Positions 9,721 to 18,720 of a DNA stretch of 64,000 bases are shown in pieces. The stretch is taken from positions 544,001 to 608,000 of the forward strand of contig OZ245003.1 of assembly GCA_965223425.1 (NCBI GenBank), given 5' to 3'. The stretch's first letter is position 1. Each line of letters opens with the position of its first letter. This stretch comes from Nitrosopumilus sp. (GTDB lineage: Archaea; Thermoproteota; Nitrososphaeria; Nitrososphaerales; Nitrosopumilaceae). The notes under the pieces were generated by a model that did not search any database, was not told the origin of the DNA, and saw only the letters and a list, made by a program, of their open reading frames with translations. The translations under genes were made by a program, and so were the position numbers.

Positions 9721-11388
9721 ATGGGGCTTGATTATTATCAAACTAAGAAAAATATACTTCGAGCCCGTAAATTAGTAATCAGGGGTACTAATATTGCCGG
9801 CTCAGGCCATCCAGGTGGTTCCTTTTCCATGGCAGAAATCCTGGGTTGCTTGTTTAGCAAACATCTAAAATTCGATCCTAAAAATCCACAATGGGAAGAT
9901 AGAGATCGCCTAGTTTTATCTAAAGGACATGCCTCCCCCGGCTTGTTTTCTAATATGGCAGTTGTAGGATATTTCCCAGAATCTGAAATTGAAACCCTAA
10001 GAAAGCTTGGCAGCAGATTACAAGGGCATCCTGATCTAAAATGCCCTGGTGTAGAATTTTGTGGGGGATCTTTGGGCACCGGACTGTCTTATTCTATAGG
10101 AATTGCACTTGCTGGCAAACTCGATTCCAAAGATTATCATGTTTATACGGTTATAGGCGATGGTGAATCCGACGAAGGTCAAATTTGGGAGGCCGCAATG
10201 ACAGCTTCAAAATACAAAGTTGATAATCTTACAGTTTTTCTTGATAGAAATTTCATTCAACAAGACTCTTACACGGAAAAAATCATGCCACTGGATGCAA
10301 AATTAGAAGGCGATGATCTTTCTGAAATGTGGAAAGACGCATCCCGTTGGAAAACAGGTGACAAATGGAGATCATTTGGTTGGAATGTGCTTGAAATTGA
10401 TGGGCATAGAGTTGAACAAATTGATGCGGCAATTGCAAAAGCAAATGCTACCAAGGGAGTGCCAACCATGATAATATCTAGAACGATCAAAGGTAAATCA
10501 GTTGAACACATGGAAGACAATCCACAGTGGCATGGAAAAGCTCCAGATTCTGATGTAGTTCCTATAATTAACCTTGAGTTAGATTCACAATTTATGATTG
10601 CCCCGTCTATAATTGCCGGTGACATGACAAATTTAGAAAATGAAGTTAAAAGATGTGTTTCTGGCAGAGCTGATTACATTCATCTTGACGTAATGGATGG
10701 CCAATTTGTTCCAAACAAAACTTTTGATCATACAAAAATTAAAGAGCTAAGACCATTAACTTTAACCCCCTTTGATTCTCATTTGATGATAAATGAACCT
10801 GTAAAGCATGTTAGAGATTACATTGATGCAGGCAGTGACATTATTACAGTACATGCTGAAGTAACTGACGAATCTAGTTTTGGAGAAATTCATGATTTGC
10901 TACAACAAAACCAAGTTGGTATTGGATTTGCAATAAATCCTGATACTGATTTGCCTGAATGGTCATACAAATTCTTAGACTCGCTTGATCAATTAATCGT
11001 CATGTCTGTTGTGCCAGGAAAATCTGGTCAAAAATACATTGAAGAAACCCATGCAAAAATGACTAGACTAAATTCACTTCTAAAAGAACATCATTTTTCA
11101 GGCTATATTGAGGCTGACGGGGGGGTAAATCTTGAAAATATCGGATCTATATTTGCAGATGGTGCTCGCGTATTTGTTGGAGGCGGTGCCATTATTGGAC
11201 AACAAGATGTCCGAATGGCAATCAGGGATTTCAGAACCGAGGTCTTAAAATCTAGAAGACGTATTTTGCTTGATAAAGCAAATGAGCTGGGTGGATCCAA
11301 TTTAGTAAACAAATGGATTGGTCTGCATGTTGTAGGAGAAAAACAAGAACAAATTAAAAAAATTGCACGGGAGGCAGGATACATTTGA
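9721..11388 (+). CDS. Transketolase N-terminal subunit fused to ribulose-phosphate 3-epimerase
   Basis: SGHPGGS, LSKGH, GDGE TPP motif, then IAPSI...HLDVMDGQFVPN, HLM, DGG of RPE. Confidence 0.93.
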   Translation: MGLDYYQTKKNILRARKLVIRGTNIAGSGHPGGSFSMAEILGCLFSKHLKFDPKNPQWEDRDRLVLSKGHASPGLFSNMAVVGYFPESEIETLRKLGSRLQGHPDLKCPGVEFCGGSLGTGLSYSIGIALAGKLDSKDYHVYTVIGDGESDEGQIWEAAMTASKYKVDNLTVFLDRNFIQQDSYTEKIMPLDAKLEGDDLSEMWKDASRWKTGDKWRSFGWNVLEIDGHRVEQIDAAIAKANATKGVPTMIISRTIKGKSVEHMEDNPQWHGKAPDSDVVPIINLELDSQFMIAPSIIAGDMTNLENEVKRCVSGRADYIHLDVMDGQFVPNKTFDHTKIKELRPLTLTPFDSHLMINEPVKHVRDYIDAGSDIITVHAEVTDESSFGEIHDLLQQNQVGIGFAINPDTDLPEWSYKFLDSLDQLIVMSVVPGKSGQKYIEETHAKMTRLNSLLKEHHFSGYIEADGGVNLENIGSIFADGARVFVGGGAIIGQQDVRMAIRDFRTEVLKSRRRILLDKANELGGSNLVNKWIGLHVVGEKQEQIKKIAREAGYI

Positions 11389-12359
11389 ATGAACCAACAA
11401 TGACTGACATGCGTTCAGAATATTCTAAATCTTTGATTCAAATTGGAAAAGAAAATCCAAACGTCGTTGTTTTAGGTGCTGATACCACTGATTCCCTAAA
11501 GACTTCGGGTTTTGGCAAAGAATTTCATGAAAGATTCTTCAATGTAGGTATTGCTGAGGGAAATTTAGTTACTGTCTCTGCTGGATTGGCAGCCTCAGGA
11601 AAAATTTCTTTTGCAAGTACCTATGCAATATTTCTGCCAGGAAGAGCAGTCGATCAAATTCGAAACAACATTGCATATCCCTCACCGCCAGGAAAAAAAG
11701 GACTTGATGTGAAACTGGTCGTTTCTCATGGGGGTTTATCTGTTGGACCTGACGGTGGCTCGCATCAACAAATTGAAGACATTGCAATAATGAGGGCCAT
11801 TCCAAATTTCCGAGTTTTCATTCCAGCTGATACCGTTGCTGTTTCTAAACTGACTCGTTTAATGGCAAATGAGTATGGCCCGTTTTACATGAGAATGGCA
11901 AGATCAAAGACACCCTTAGTTCATCCAGAATCTCAAGATTTTCAAATTGGAAAAGGCATTACACTAAGAGATGGCTCTGATTGCACAATTGTTTCATGTG
12001 GAATCACTGTTCGCATGGCTTTAGAGGCAGCTGAATCGTTACAACAGGAAGGAATCTCATGTAGAGTTTTGGACATGTTTTCAATCAAACCGATTGACAA
12101 TGAACTTTTAGAAAAAGCTGCAAGAGAAACGGGGTGTATAGTTACTACTGAAGAGCATAATATTTTTGGCGGCATGGGCTCTGCAGTTGCAGAGTCTGTT
12201 TCTGAATCATACCCTGTACCAATGAAACGAATTGGTGCCCAAGACATGTTTGGAGAGTCTGCCAGAGATAAGGAGGTTCCTTTACTCTTAGAAAAGCATG
12301 GCATAACATCTTTTAATATGGCAAAACAAGTTAAAGAGCTTAGGAGTAAAAAACTATGA
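11385..12359 (+). CDS. Transketolase C-terminal subunit
   Basis: FNVGIAE, GPDGGSHQ, EEHNIFGGMGS. Confidence 0.95.
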   Translation: MNEPTMTDMRSEYSKSLIQIGKENPNVVVLGADTTDSLKTSGFGKEFHERFFNVGIAEGNLVTVSAGLAASGKISFASTYAIFLPGRAVDQIRNNIAYPSPPGKKGLDVKLVVSHGGLSVGPDGGSHQQIEDIAIMRAIPNFRVFIPADTVAVSKLTRLMANEYGPFYMRMARSKTPLVHPESQDFQIGKGITLRDGSDCTIVSCGITVRMALEAAESLQQEGISCRVLDMFSIKPIDNELLEKAARETGCIVTTEEHNIFGGMGSAVAESVSESYPVPMKRIGAQDMFGESARDKEVPLLLEKHGITSFNMAKQVKELRSKKL

Positions 12360-13021
12360 AGATTTTTCTTGACACTGCAAATCTAGAATCTATTAAAAAA
12401 TTTAATGATATGGGACTACTAGACGGAATTACAACTAATCCCTCTTTGCTGTCTAAAGAACAGGGCAATCCCAAAGATGCAATGGAAGAGATTACAAAAA
12501 TTATCAAGGGCGATGTAAGTCTTGAAGTCGTAAGTACAGAATATTCTGGAATGATGGAAGAAGGAAAACGCCTTCGTGAATATGGGGATAATGTTGTCGT
12601 TAAAGTTCCTATGACTTCTGATGGTTTGAAAGCGTGTAAATCGCTTTCATCAGAAGGCGTTCCTGTTAATGTTACTCTGATATTTTCTCCAAACCAAGCT
12701 TTACTTGCCGCAAAGTCTGGTGCGAAATATGTCAGTCCATTTATTGGACGGCTAGATGATATTGGACAAGACGGCATGCATTTAATTAAAGAAATTAAAG
12801 AAATATTTTCTAATTATAATTTCGGAACTGAGATACTTGTAGCAAGTGTTCGTCATCCGGTACATGTAGTTGATGCTGCAAAAATTGGGGCAGATGTAGT
12901 GACTCTCCCTCCTGCCGTCTTAGATAAGATGCTACAGCACCCATTGACAAAAACTGGCTTGGAAAACTTCCTTGCTGATTGGGAAAAGCTGAAATCCGGA
13001 AATCCTGATGTCAAAATCTAG
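12356..13021 (+). CDS. tal: Transaldolase (TalC/Fsa type)
   Basis: IFLDTA, GITTNPSL, VVVKVP, YVSPFIGR. Confidence 0.93.
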   Translation: MKIFLDTANLESIKKFNDMGLLDGITTNPSLLSKEQGNPKDAMEEITKIIKGDVSLEVVSTEYSGMMEEGKRLREYGDNVVVKVPMTSDGLKACKSLSSEGVPVNVTLIFSPNQALLAAKSGAKYVSPFIGRLDDIGQDGMHLIKEIKEIFSNYNFGTEILVASVRHPVHVVDAAKIGADVVTLPPAVLDKMLQHPLTKTGLENFLADWEKLKSGNPDVKI

Positions 13022-13078
13022 TAACTTTGGATGATACCATCTAAGAAAATCTTAAAAATGAAAAATTGAGTTACTTTT

Positions 13079-13333
13079 CTAGGACTTTTTTCTAGAAGCA
13101 GTTCCTCTGCCTGAAACTCTAGTTCCTGTGTATTTTGGTCTCTGTTTTGGTTCAGGGGTGTCGCTTAATTTTCTTCTGCCAGTTCCTCTGCCAGATGAGA
13201 CATATGTCCCCTTGGCTGCGTGTTTTCTTGCTTCTTGAATTTTCTTAAATTCTGAACCAGTCCATTTTGAGGCATCGCTATCGACCTCGATAGTTCCTGT
13301 ACCTCTTCCGGTTCGTATTTTTATTTTGACCAT
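13079..13333 (-). CDS. Small basic protein with three GRGT repeats
   Basis: 84 aa, K/R-rich; TGRGTG, SGRGTG, SGRGTA. Confidence 0.7.
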   Translation of the reverse strand: MVKIKIRTGRGTGTIEVDSDASKWTGSEFKKIQEARKHAAKGTYVSSGRGTGRRKLSDTPEPKQRPKYTGTRVSGRGTASRKKS

Positions 13334-13357
13334 AAATTAGGTTGAATCTGCTTGTAT

Positions 13358-14377
13358 TTAACTACTAATCCATCCAAGCTTTTTGAAATACGCAAACATA
13401 ATGATTGCTGGAATTGCAGATGCAAGAATAATAATTATGAAAGTTGTAAGCGATCCCAAAAACATAGAATCGTCCCCGATCGCAGGTAAGTTGACGTTCA
13501 TTCCATAAAACGTTCCAATTACAGTTGATGGGATTGCCAGTGTGAAGATAATGGTTAGTAAGCCAAGTACTTTGTTTGTCTTTTCAGTACTTAACACAAA
13601 GTCTGTGTCTTTATAAATTTCCATAGTTTCTCTTGATTCCTCTAGTGTTTCAATTACTTTGTCTATGTGATCAATCACATCATCAAAATATAATGCAAGT
13701 TCTTCATCCTCTCTTTCTGAAAATCTTTCAACATTTTTTGCAATCTCTAAAACAAATTTCTTTAATGGATTGGCTATTCTTCTTAGCCTGTTAATTTCCC
13801 TTCTAAGTAGGGCAATACTTCTTGCTACTGGTTTTGCCTCATCAAACACTCTGTCCTCCATTTCATCCAAATTTGCAATAATCTTTCTAGAAGTATGTAG
13901 AAGATCATCTACAAGCACATCTATAATTTCATGAAGCAATGATCCAGAAGATTCTCCTAACAACCTGTCTTTTTTTTGCTGGTCTGAACCTGTTTTGCAT
14001 ATTTCTGCTAACTCTACCAGGGGCTTTAGATCTCCTTGGTGTACTGTAACTATGATATCCTTGCCAAGAAATATGGATAGCTGACTGTTTTTTGATATTC
14101 CTATTTTTTGTGCTAATGGCGGGAAATGTAGAATTACAAAGAAATGATCATTATAGCTATCCAATTTTGGAAGTTCAAATTTAGTCATACAGTCTTCAAT
14201 GTTTAATTCATTAAAATTGAATTTTTCAGCTAATTTCTCAACATCATTTCTGTCTGGATTTTGTAAATTCATCCATGTGAATTTCTCTCCTTGAATGGTC
14301 TCAATTTTCCTTTCAATGGAATCCTCTATTGATTTTCTACCTGAACGCAATCTTTTGGTGATGAATCCTTTTCTCAA
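13358..14377 (-). CDS. corA: CorA Mg2+/Co2+ transporter
   Basis: FYGMN motif between two C-terminal TM helices. Confidence 0.93.
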   Translation of the reverse strand: MRKGFITKRLRSGRKSIEDSIERKIETIQGEKFTWMNLQNPDRNDVEKLAEKFNFNELNIEDCMTKFELPKLDSYNDHFFVILHFPPLAQKIGISKNSQLSIFLGKDIIVTVHQGDLKPLVELAEICKTGSDQQKKDRLLGESSGSLLHEIIDVLVDDLLHTSRKIIANLDEMEDRVFDEAKPVARSIALLRREINRLRRIANPLKKFVLEIAKNVERFSEREDEELALYFDDVIDHIDKVIETLEESRETMEIYKDTDFVLSTEKTNKVLGLLTIIFTLAIPSTVIGTFYGMNVNLPAIGDDSMFLGSLTTFIIIILASAIPAIIMFAYFKKLGWISS

Positions 14378-14481
14378 GTCGAAAAGTACCCTAATACAGC
14401 AAATTTAAAGCGATCGTTATCGCTGTATGTAAAAATTATTGTCAAGTTGTAAAATTAAAAAATGCTCTTGAATTGAGGCTG

Positions 14482-14562
14482 CTACTTAAATGGAAGCAAA
14501 TAATTCATTCCAACCCATGTTAATCCAATGGATATTGCCATTGCAAGCCACCAATACCTCAT
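14482..14562 (-). CDS. Possible 26-aa hydrophobic peptide
   Basis: MRYWWLAMAISIGLTWVGMNYLLPFK, a single TM-like segment; very short. Confidence 0.3.
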   Translation of the reverse strand: MRYWWLAMAISIGLTWVGMNYLLPFK

Positions 14563-14653
14563 ACTTGAAATCCCAACTGGTTGATAATAAATCTAGTCTA
14601 ACCCTCATCAAAAGTTAAAGATTATTACAGGATAAACAGTTTTTCTTTTTTGT

Positions 14654-14726
14654 GGCCTTCGTAGTACAGTGGTTAGTATAGAGGATTGTGGATCCTCGGA
14701 CAGGAGTTCGATTCCCCTCGAAGGCC
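14654..14726 (+). tRNA. tRNA-His(GTG)
   Basis: Acceptor stem GCCTTCG/CGAAGGC with encoded G-1 and C73; anticodon arm GAGGA-TTGTGGA-TCCTC; GTTCGATTC T-loop. Confidence 0.95.
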
Positions 14727-14977
14727 CTCTTAGTTTACTTTAAGATCACACATGTGTATGTGCTGCTTATGAATCTGAAACTTTGCTCAACTGGCCTTAT
14801 GATTATGATTCTTTACTAGCCAATGTTTCCACTTGAACCTGTTTTGAACATCAAAAGGGAATTATAAAATTAATTCAAGACTCTAGCAGTTAGTCCGGCA
14901 GACTTGAACGTATTTACTGGTTAATTGGATGCCAAATAGACACGAATTCTAATATCTCATAACAAATCATCATTGTT

Positions 14978-15470
14978 GTGGTGAGCCAATCAGTAGTTAT
15001 TGGAATTGCCATTGGGTATTTTTTGCAGGATTAGTAGTAGGTATTGCAATTTTTCAGGCTTTGGATCAACTAATTCAAACTACAAATAAAGAATTAGAAA
15101 GACACAAGATGGCAGAACAACTTGCAGTACAACATCTTGAAACATTTGATGAGTTAGATTTTGATGTTTTTACAGATTAGAAATGGGAAAGATTACATGA
15201 AAGCCACTCACAGGATATTGTAGTACACTGGCCAGATGGACAGACTACAGAAGACATTGAACCTCACATTGAGGATTTGAAAGCTATGTTTGATGGTCAC
15301 CAGATACTAGAATAGAACAACATTCAACCAAATAGCATCAGGACAATGGACAAAGTGATTGGAGTTATTGAGGGCGCATTTACAGAACCTATACCATTAC
15401 CAGATGGAACTTCAATTCCACCAACTGGAAAATCTTACAAACTTACAATGACTACAGTTACCGAATATTG
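14978..15470 (+). pseudogene. SnoaL-like ester/polyketide cyclase pseudogene
   Basis: QHLETFDELDFDVFTD*KWERLHESHSQDIVVHWPDG...PLPDGTSIPPTGKSYKLTM: in-frame TAG, frameshifts, 3' truncation. Boundaries are approximate. Confidence 0.75.
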
Positions 15471-15491
15471 GCTGTCATGAAAGTCTAGTTT

Positions 15492-15995
15492 TTATTTTCG
15501 AACTCTCAATTTTGCTTTTTTTAATGCAATAATTCCAGGTATTATGAAGGCCATTCCATAACTAATTTCCACCAAGCTACTAATCAATATTATCCAGTCA
15601 TTTTCTTGTTCAAGTTGTTCAAGAATTAATACGGACTGAAGACCACCCAGTATTAAAGGAGAACCAAAAAATATCAAAACTCCTGCAGCTATAATGAGCA
15701 TATATTTTCTAGTTGGGATTTTTTTTACTCTCAAAATTATATTTGATACAATAAATATCAGCGAGATAACTCCCAACATAATTGGCCCTGCAACAAATAT
15801 TGAATTAAACGCTAAGAGCATTCCAGGAAAATCACGTGCATAACTAGGAGACAAGTCTGAATCAAGATCAACTGCACCTCCACCATAATCTGTATCTGAT
15901 TCTAATCTCAAGTTTATCGAATATACAAAAGCAGTAAAAATAACCAAGGATAAAAAAATACAAAATGCAATTATTGTTAAAAATTTAATTTTCAT
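15492..15995 (-). CDS. Multi-pass membrane protein (cassette-array gene)
   Basis: 167 aa, about 4 TM segments; starts MKIKFL and ends RK* in junction motifs. Confidence 0.8.
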   Translation of the reverse strand: MKIKFLTIIAFCIFLSLVIFTAFVYSINLRLESDTDYGGGAVDLDSDLSPSYARDFPGMLLAFNSIFVAGPIMLGVISLIFIVSNIILRVKKIPTRKYMLIIAAGVLIFFGSPLILGGLQSVLILEQLEQENDWIILISSLVEISYGMAFIIPGIIALKKAKLRVRK

Positions 15996-16446
15996 TTTCT
16001 AACTCCATAGAAGTTCGTTTTTCAAAAATAATACCTACACATTCCTCAAATTTTTCTGTAGATACTTCATCAGGTAATCCCACATCGTTAATAATATAAA
16101 ATCCATCAAATTCTTCATCAAGTAAATTAGAATATCTGGTGAGATGTTCAAGTATTAGCTGGTTGCATCCAAGGCTATATAGGTCATTTTGGTTGCACCA
16201 TTCTTGACAGTAATCCTGATCGGTAATCTATTGAGAATCTGTTTCATTATCCTGTATTTCTGGATGCCAAAGAATTTCAAAATATTTCTGAATTTCATAT
16301 GTTACATATGGACCACATCCGCCATGTGAACCCAACGAACTAGGAGTTGGGCCGTCAACTAAAATACATACACCATGACCAGTAACCCCTATCCAACTTA
16401 CAAAAATTAAAGAAATTACAATTATTATTTTGATTCTTGTTTTCAT
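15985..16446 (-). pseudogene. Secreted protein (cassette-array gene) with a single in-frame TAG
   Basis: MKTRIKIII... stops at TAG 16228-16230, but the frame continues ITDQDYCQEWC...KRTSMELENEN* to 15985 (154 codons in total). Confidence 0.7.
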
Positions 16447-16449
16447 TTT

Positions 16450-16575
16450 CTATGTTCCCCAGAAAAAATCCCAAAAACCAAGAAGTTTACTGCAATGTTT
16501 ACACCTTATTTGACCATTAATTTCAATAAAAGAATGAAAGATACCAATTTCGCACAAAAATTTAGCTAGACTCAT
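16450..16575 (-). CDS. 41-aa Cys/His microprotein (possible zinc ribbon)
   Basis: MSLAKFLCEIGIFHSFIEINGQIRCKHCSKLLGFWDFFWGT; its stop abuts the AAAATG junction. Confidence 0.5.
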   Translation of the reverse strand: MSLAKFLCEIGIFHSFIEINGQIRCKHCSKLLGFWDFFWGT

Positions 16576-16920
16576 GCTGTTTCGTTTGAATATATCCTTA
16601 TAACAAATTCTACTCTTGAATTCAAGTTTGAGATTCAGACATATGTGTTATAGTTGGCTCACAGGCCCCTCATTGTTGTAAAATTTCAACTGTTTGTTTG
16701 ACATCTCCACCTGAATCTGCATATGCCTTTAATTTGATTTGTTGAATAGTCATCAGCATTCTTTCCAATCTCAACAATTTTGACAGTCAAAAATTCTCGC
16801 TCAATACAAATATCTAAAAGTTTTTCAGTCTTTTTCATCCCTTCAACCGTAGGCTGTAATTGAGACAATGCAGTGATTACAGGATTCTTGATTTATTTGA
16901 GGTCCCGTTAAACCAAATGG

Positions 16921-17310
16921 CTAATCATAATATTCATCAACAAAACAGTCTTTTTCTGAAAGATATGATAATACATTTTCTCTAACTGTGTATTGGCTTT
17001 GGATTCCATTGGGAGTGCAATGGAGAAAAATATTTGATGGAATGCCAAACTGATATGTTATCTTTAGCACTACCCATTGATCTTCTGACAGACCAGATTG
17101 AAATCCAATTTGATACGAATATGCTCCATCTGGGAATACCAAGACACCATAATGGCCATATTTTTCATAAAACATGTTGACTTCGGGGATTTGTTTTAGT
17201 TCTTCGACATGATTACCTGGCCAATCATCATATGGTTTTATTCTTACAGTAAATACAAGAATTACTATTACAAAAACAATTGCAATTATTATCAAAAATC
17301 TAGTCTTCAT
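16921..17310 (-). CDS. Secreted/membrane-anchored protein (cassette-array gene)
   Basis: MKTRFLIII plus hydrophobic signal; 129 aa. Confidence 0.8.
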   Translation of the reverse strand: MKTRFLIIIAIVFVIVILVFTVRIKPYDDWPGNHVEELKQIPEVNMFYEKYGHYGVLVFPDGAYSYQIGFQSGLSEDQWVVLKITYQFGIPSNIFLHCTPNGIQSQYTVRENVLSYLSEKDCFVDEYYD

Positions 17311-18350
17311 TTTCTTTTTCTCAAAAAAATCATTAAACCAAAAAAAGAACCCGTACCAATTACTATTGCAATAACTATTGTACTTGGGTAAAATCCAGAT
17401 TCCTGAAATATGGGAGTTTCAGAACCAAATTCCATACCAGGAGCATATTTGTAATCACATAATTTTCGATTATCATACCAAGTTCCATCTAACTTGTCAC
17501 ACTCGGATTTATTATTTACCAAAAGAATACCTGTTTGAATATCATAATTTCCTATTCTTTCACATTGATCGTTTTGTATCATACCAGAACCTCCCCGACA
17601 TAATGGTTTTTCATATTCATCTAATTTAGCATGTTGTGTTTGAGATTCATTAATTATTCTTGAAAAATTAACATTTGATTTATGTTCAGCATATACGGCA
17701 TCTTCTACTAAAAGTCTAGTACCTCTTGATTCATCCGTTATTGTAAAGAAAACTTTTGATTCAAAAATTCCACTAGCATTATCAGTTTCAGACATTGTTA
17801 GCTGTATGCCATTATGATCAATATCGGACCACACATGAATATCAAAAGAATCTATTTTTTTGTCATCTAGGTTCATATATTTATCAATTATTCTAACAAT
17901 ACCCGCATCAGTTGACAAATAGTTATGTTTATCCCACTTTATTTTTACCCCGTCATCAATTGGCGCAAGCCATTTATCACAAAGAGAATCATCTCGATGG
18001 TTTTCAAAGCTGGATATGGTTTGAGAATCTACCCATTTGACCATTCTATATTGTTTCATACCATCTACCACAAACTCTGTACAAATTATTGCAGGCAATT
18101 GTAATTCTACATCTTCACTATCCCAGTTTCTATCAGACATTTGCCAATCCCCATAGTTGAACTCAATGTTCCTGGCGTAATTTTCCATAATTGATTTTTC
18201 AGTAAGGGGAGGATCAGTAACTACAGAAAAAGAGTCAAAGCACGGTCCTGCAGTTCCAAATAATGGAGCAGCGCAAGATGCATAGGAGTATGGAATTGCT
18301 GCAAATCCAATCATTACAACTACAAGTAATATTGAAAGTCTAGTTTTCAT
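17307..18350 (-). CDS. Secreted protein with S-layer-like domain and C-terminal anchor (cassette-array gene)
   Basis: MKTRLSILL signal; VWSD...ETDNASGIFE motif also seen in the 54470 ORF; C-terminal TM plus RKRK. Confidence 0.82.
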   Translation of the reverse strand: MKTRLSILLVVVMIGFAAIPYSYASCAAPLFGTAGPCFDSFSVVTDPPLTEKSIMENYARNIEFNYGDWQMSDRNWDSEDVELQLPAIICTEFVVDGMKQYRMVKWVDSQTISSFENHRDDSLCDKWLAPIDDGVKIKWDKHNYLSTDAGIVRIIDKYMNLDDKKIDSFDIHVWSDIDHNGIQLTMSETDNASGIFESKVFFTITDESRGTRLLVEDAVYAEHKSNVNFSRIINESQTQHAKLDEYEKPLCRGGSGMIQNDQCERIGNYDIQTGILLVNNKSECDKLDGTWYDNRKLCDYKYAPGMEFGSETPIFQESGFYPSTIVIAIVIGTGSFFGLMIFLRKRK

Positions 18351-18673
18351 TTTACCAATCTTGGATTAAATCGGTTTTTTGAGGAATAGTATTCAAACAT
18401 GGATTCTGATACAATATTTTCACATTCAACTCTAATTGTATAATAACCGTTTTCAAACATGGCCCGTCCTCCACAGGCAAATATAAAAGTCTCAGTTTCA
18501 TCAGGAGTTGTCTTTAGTATTGTTGAATCAATTTTACGACTAGTGGGACCATGAATACTAAGAGTTGCAGCATTTACAAAATGATGATTAAACCATACAT
18601 GAATTTTTATTTCATCGTCATCAGCGTAAAATTGTTTATCAATTGAGATTACAATTCTAGAATCTTCTTTCAT
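18347..18673 (-). CDS. Small Ig-like/beta-sandwich protein (cassette-array gene)
   Basis: IDKQFY..DDEIKI...GYYTIRVE pattern; ATGA overlap with the next gene. Confidence 0.7.
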   Translation of the reverse strand: MKEDSRIVISIDKQFYADDDEIKIHVWFNHHFVNAATLSIHGPTSRKIDSTILKTTPDETETFIFACGGRAMFENGYYTIRVECENIVSESMFEYYSSKNRFNPRLVK

Positions 18674-18720
18674 TTTCTCTTATCCCAAATTATAATTCCA
18701 GAAATTATTGTACAGGGGAT
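18670..18720 (-). pseudogene. Orphan 3' tail of a lost cassette gene
   Basis: Reads IPCTIISGIIIWDKRK*, like the TM+RKRK* end of the 17307 gene, and overlaps the next ATG. Confidence 0.5.

Noticed and set aside
16228-16230. Pyrrolysine or stop-codon readthrough at the TAG
   Set aside because: No pyl genes in the window, TAG is a normal stop in neighbouring genes, and the region is decaying.
16686-16868. 60-aa ORF within the island
   Set aside because: TTG start, no junction motif and no recognisable features; probably a decayed fragment.
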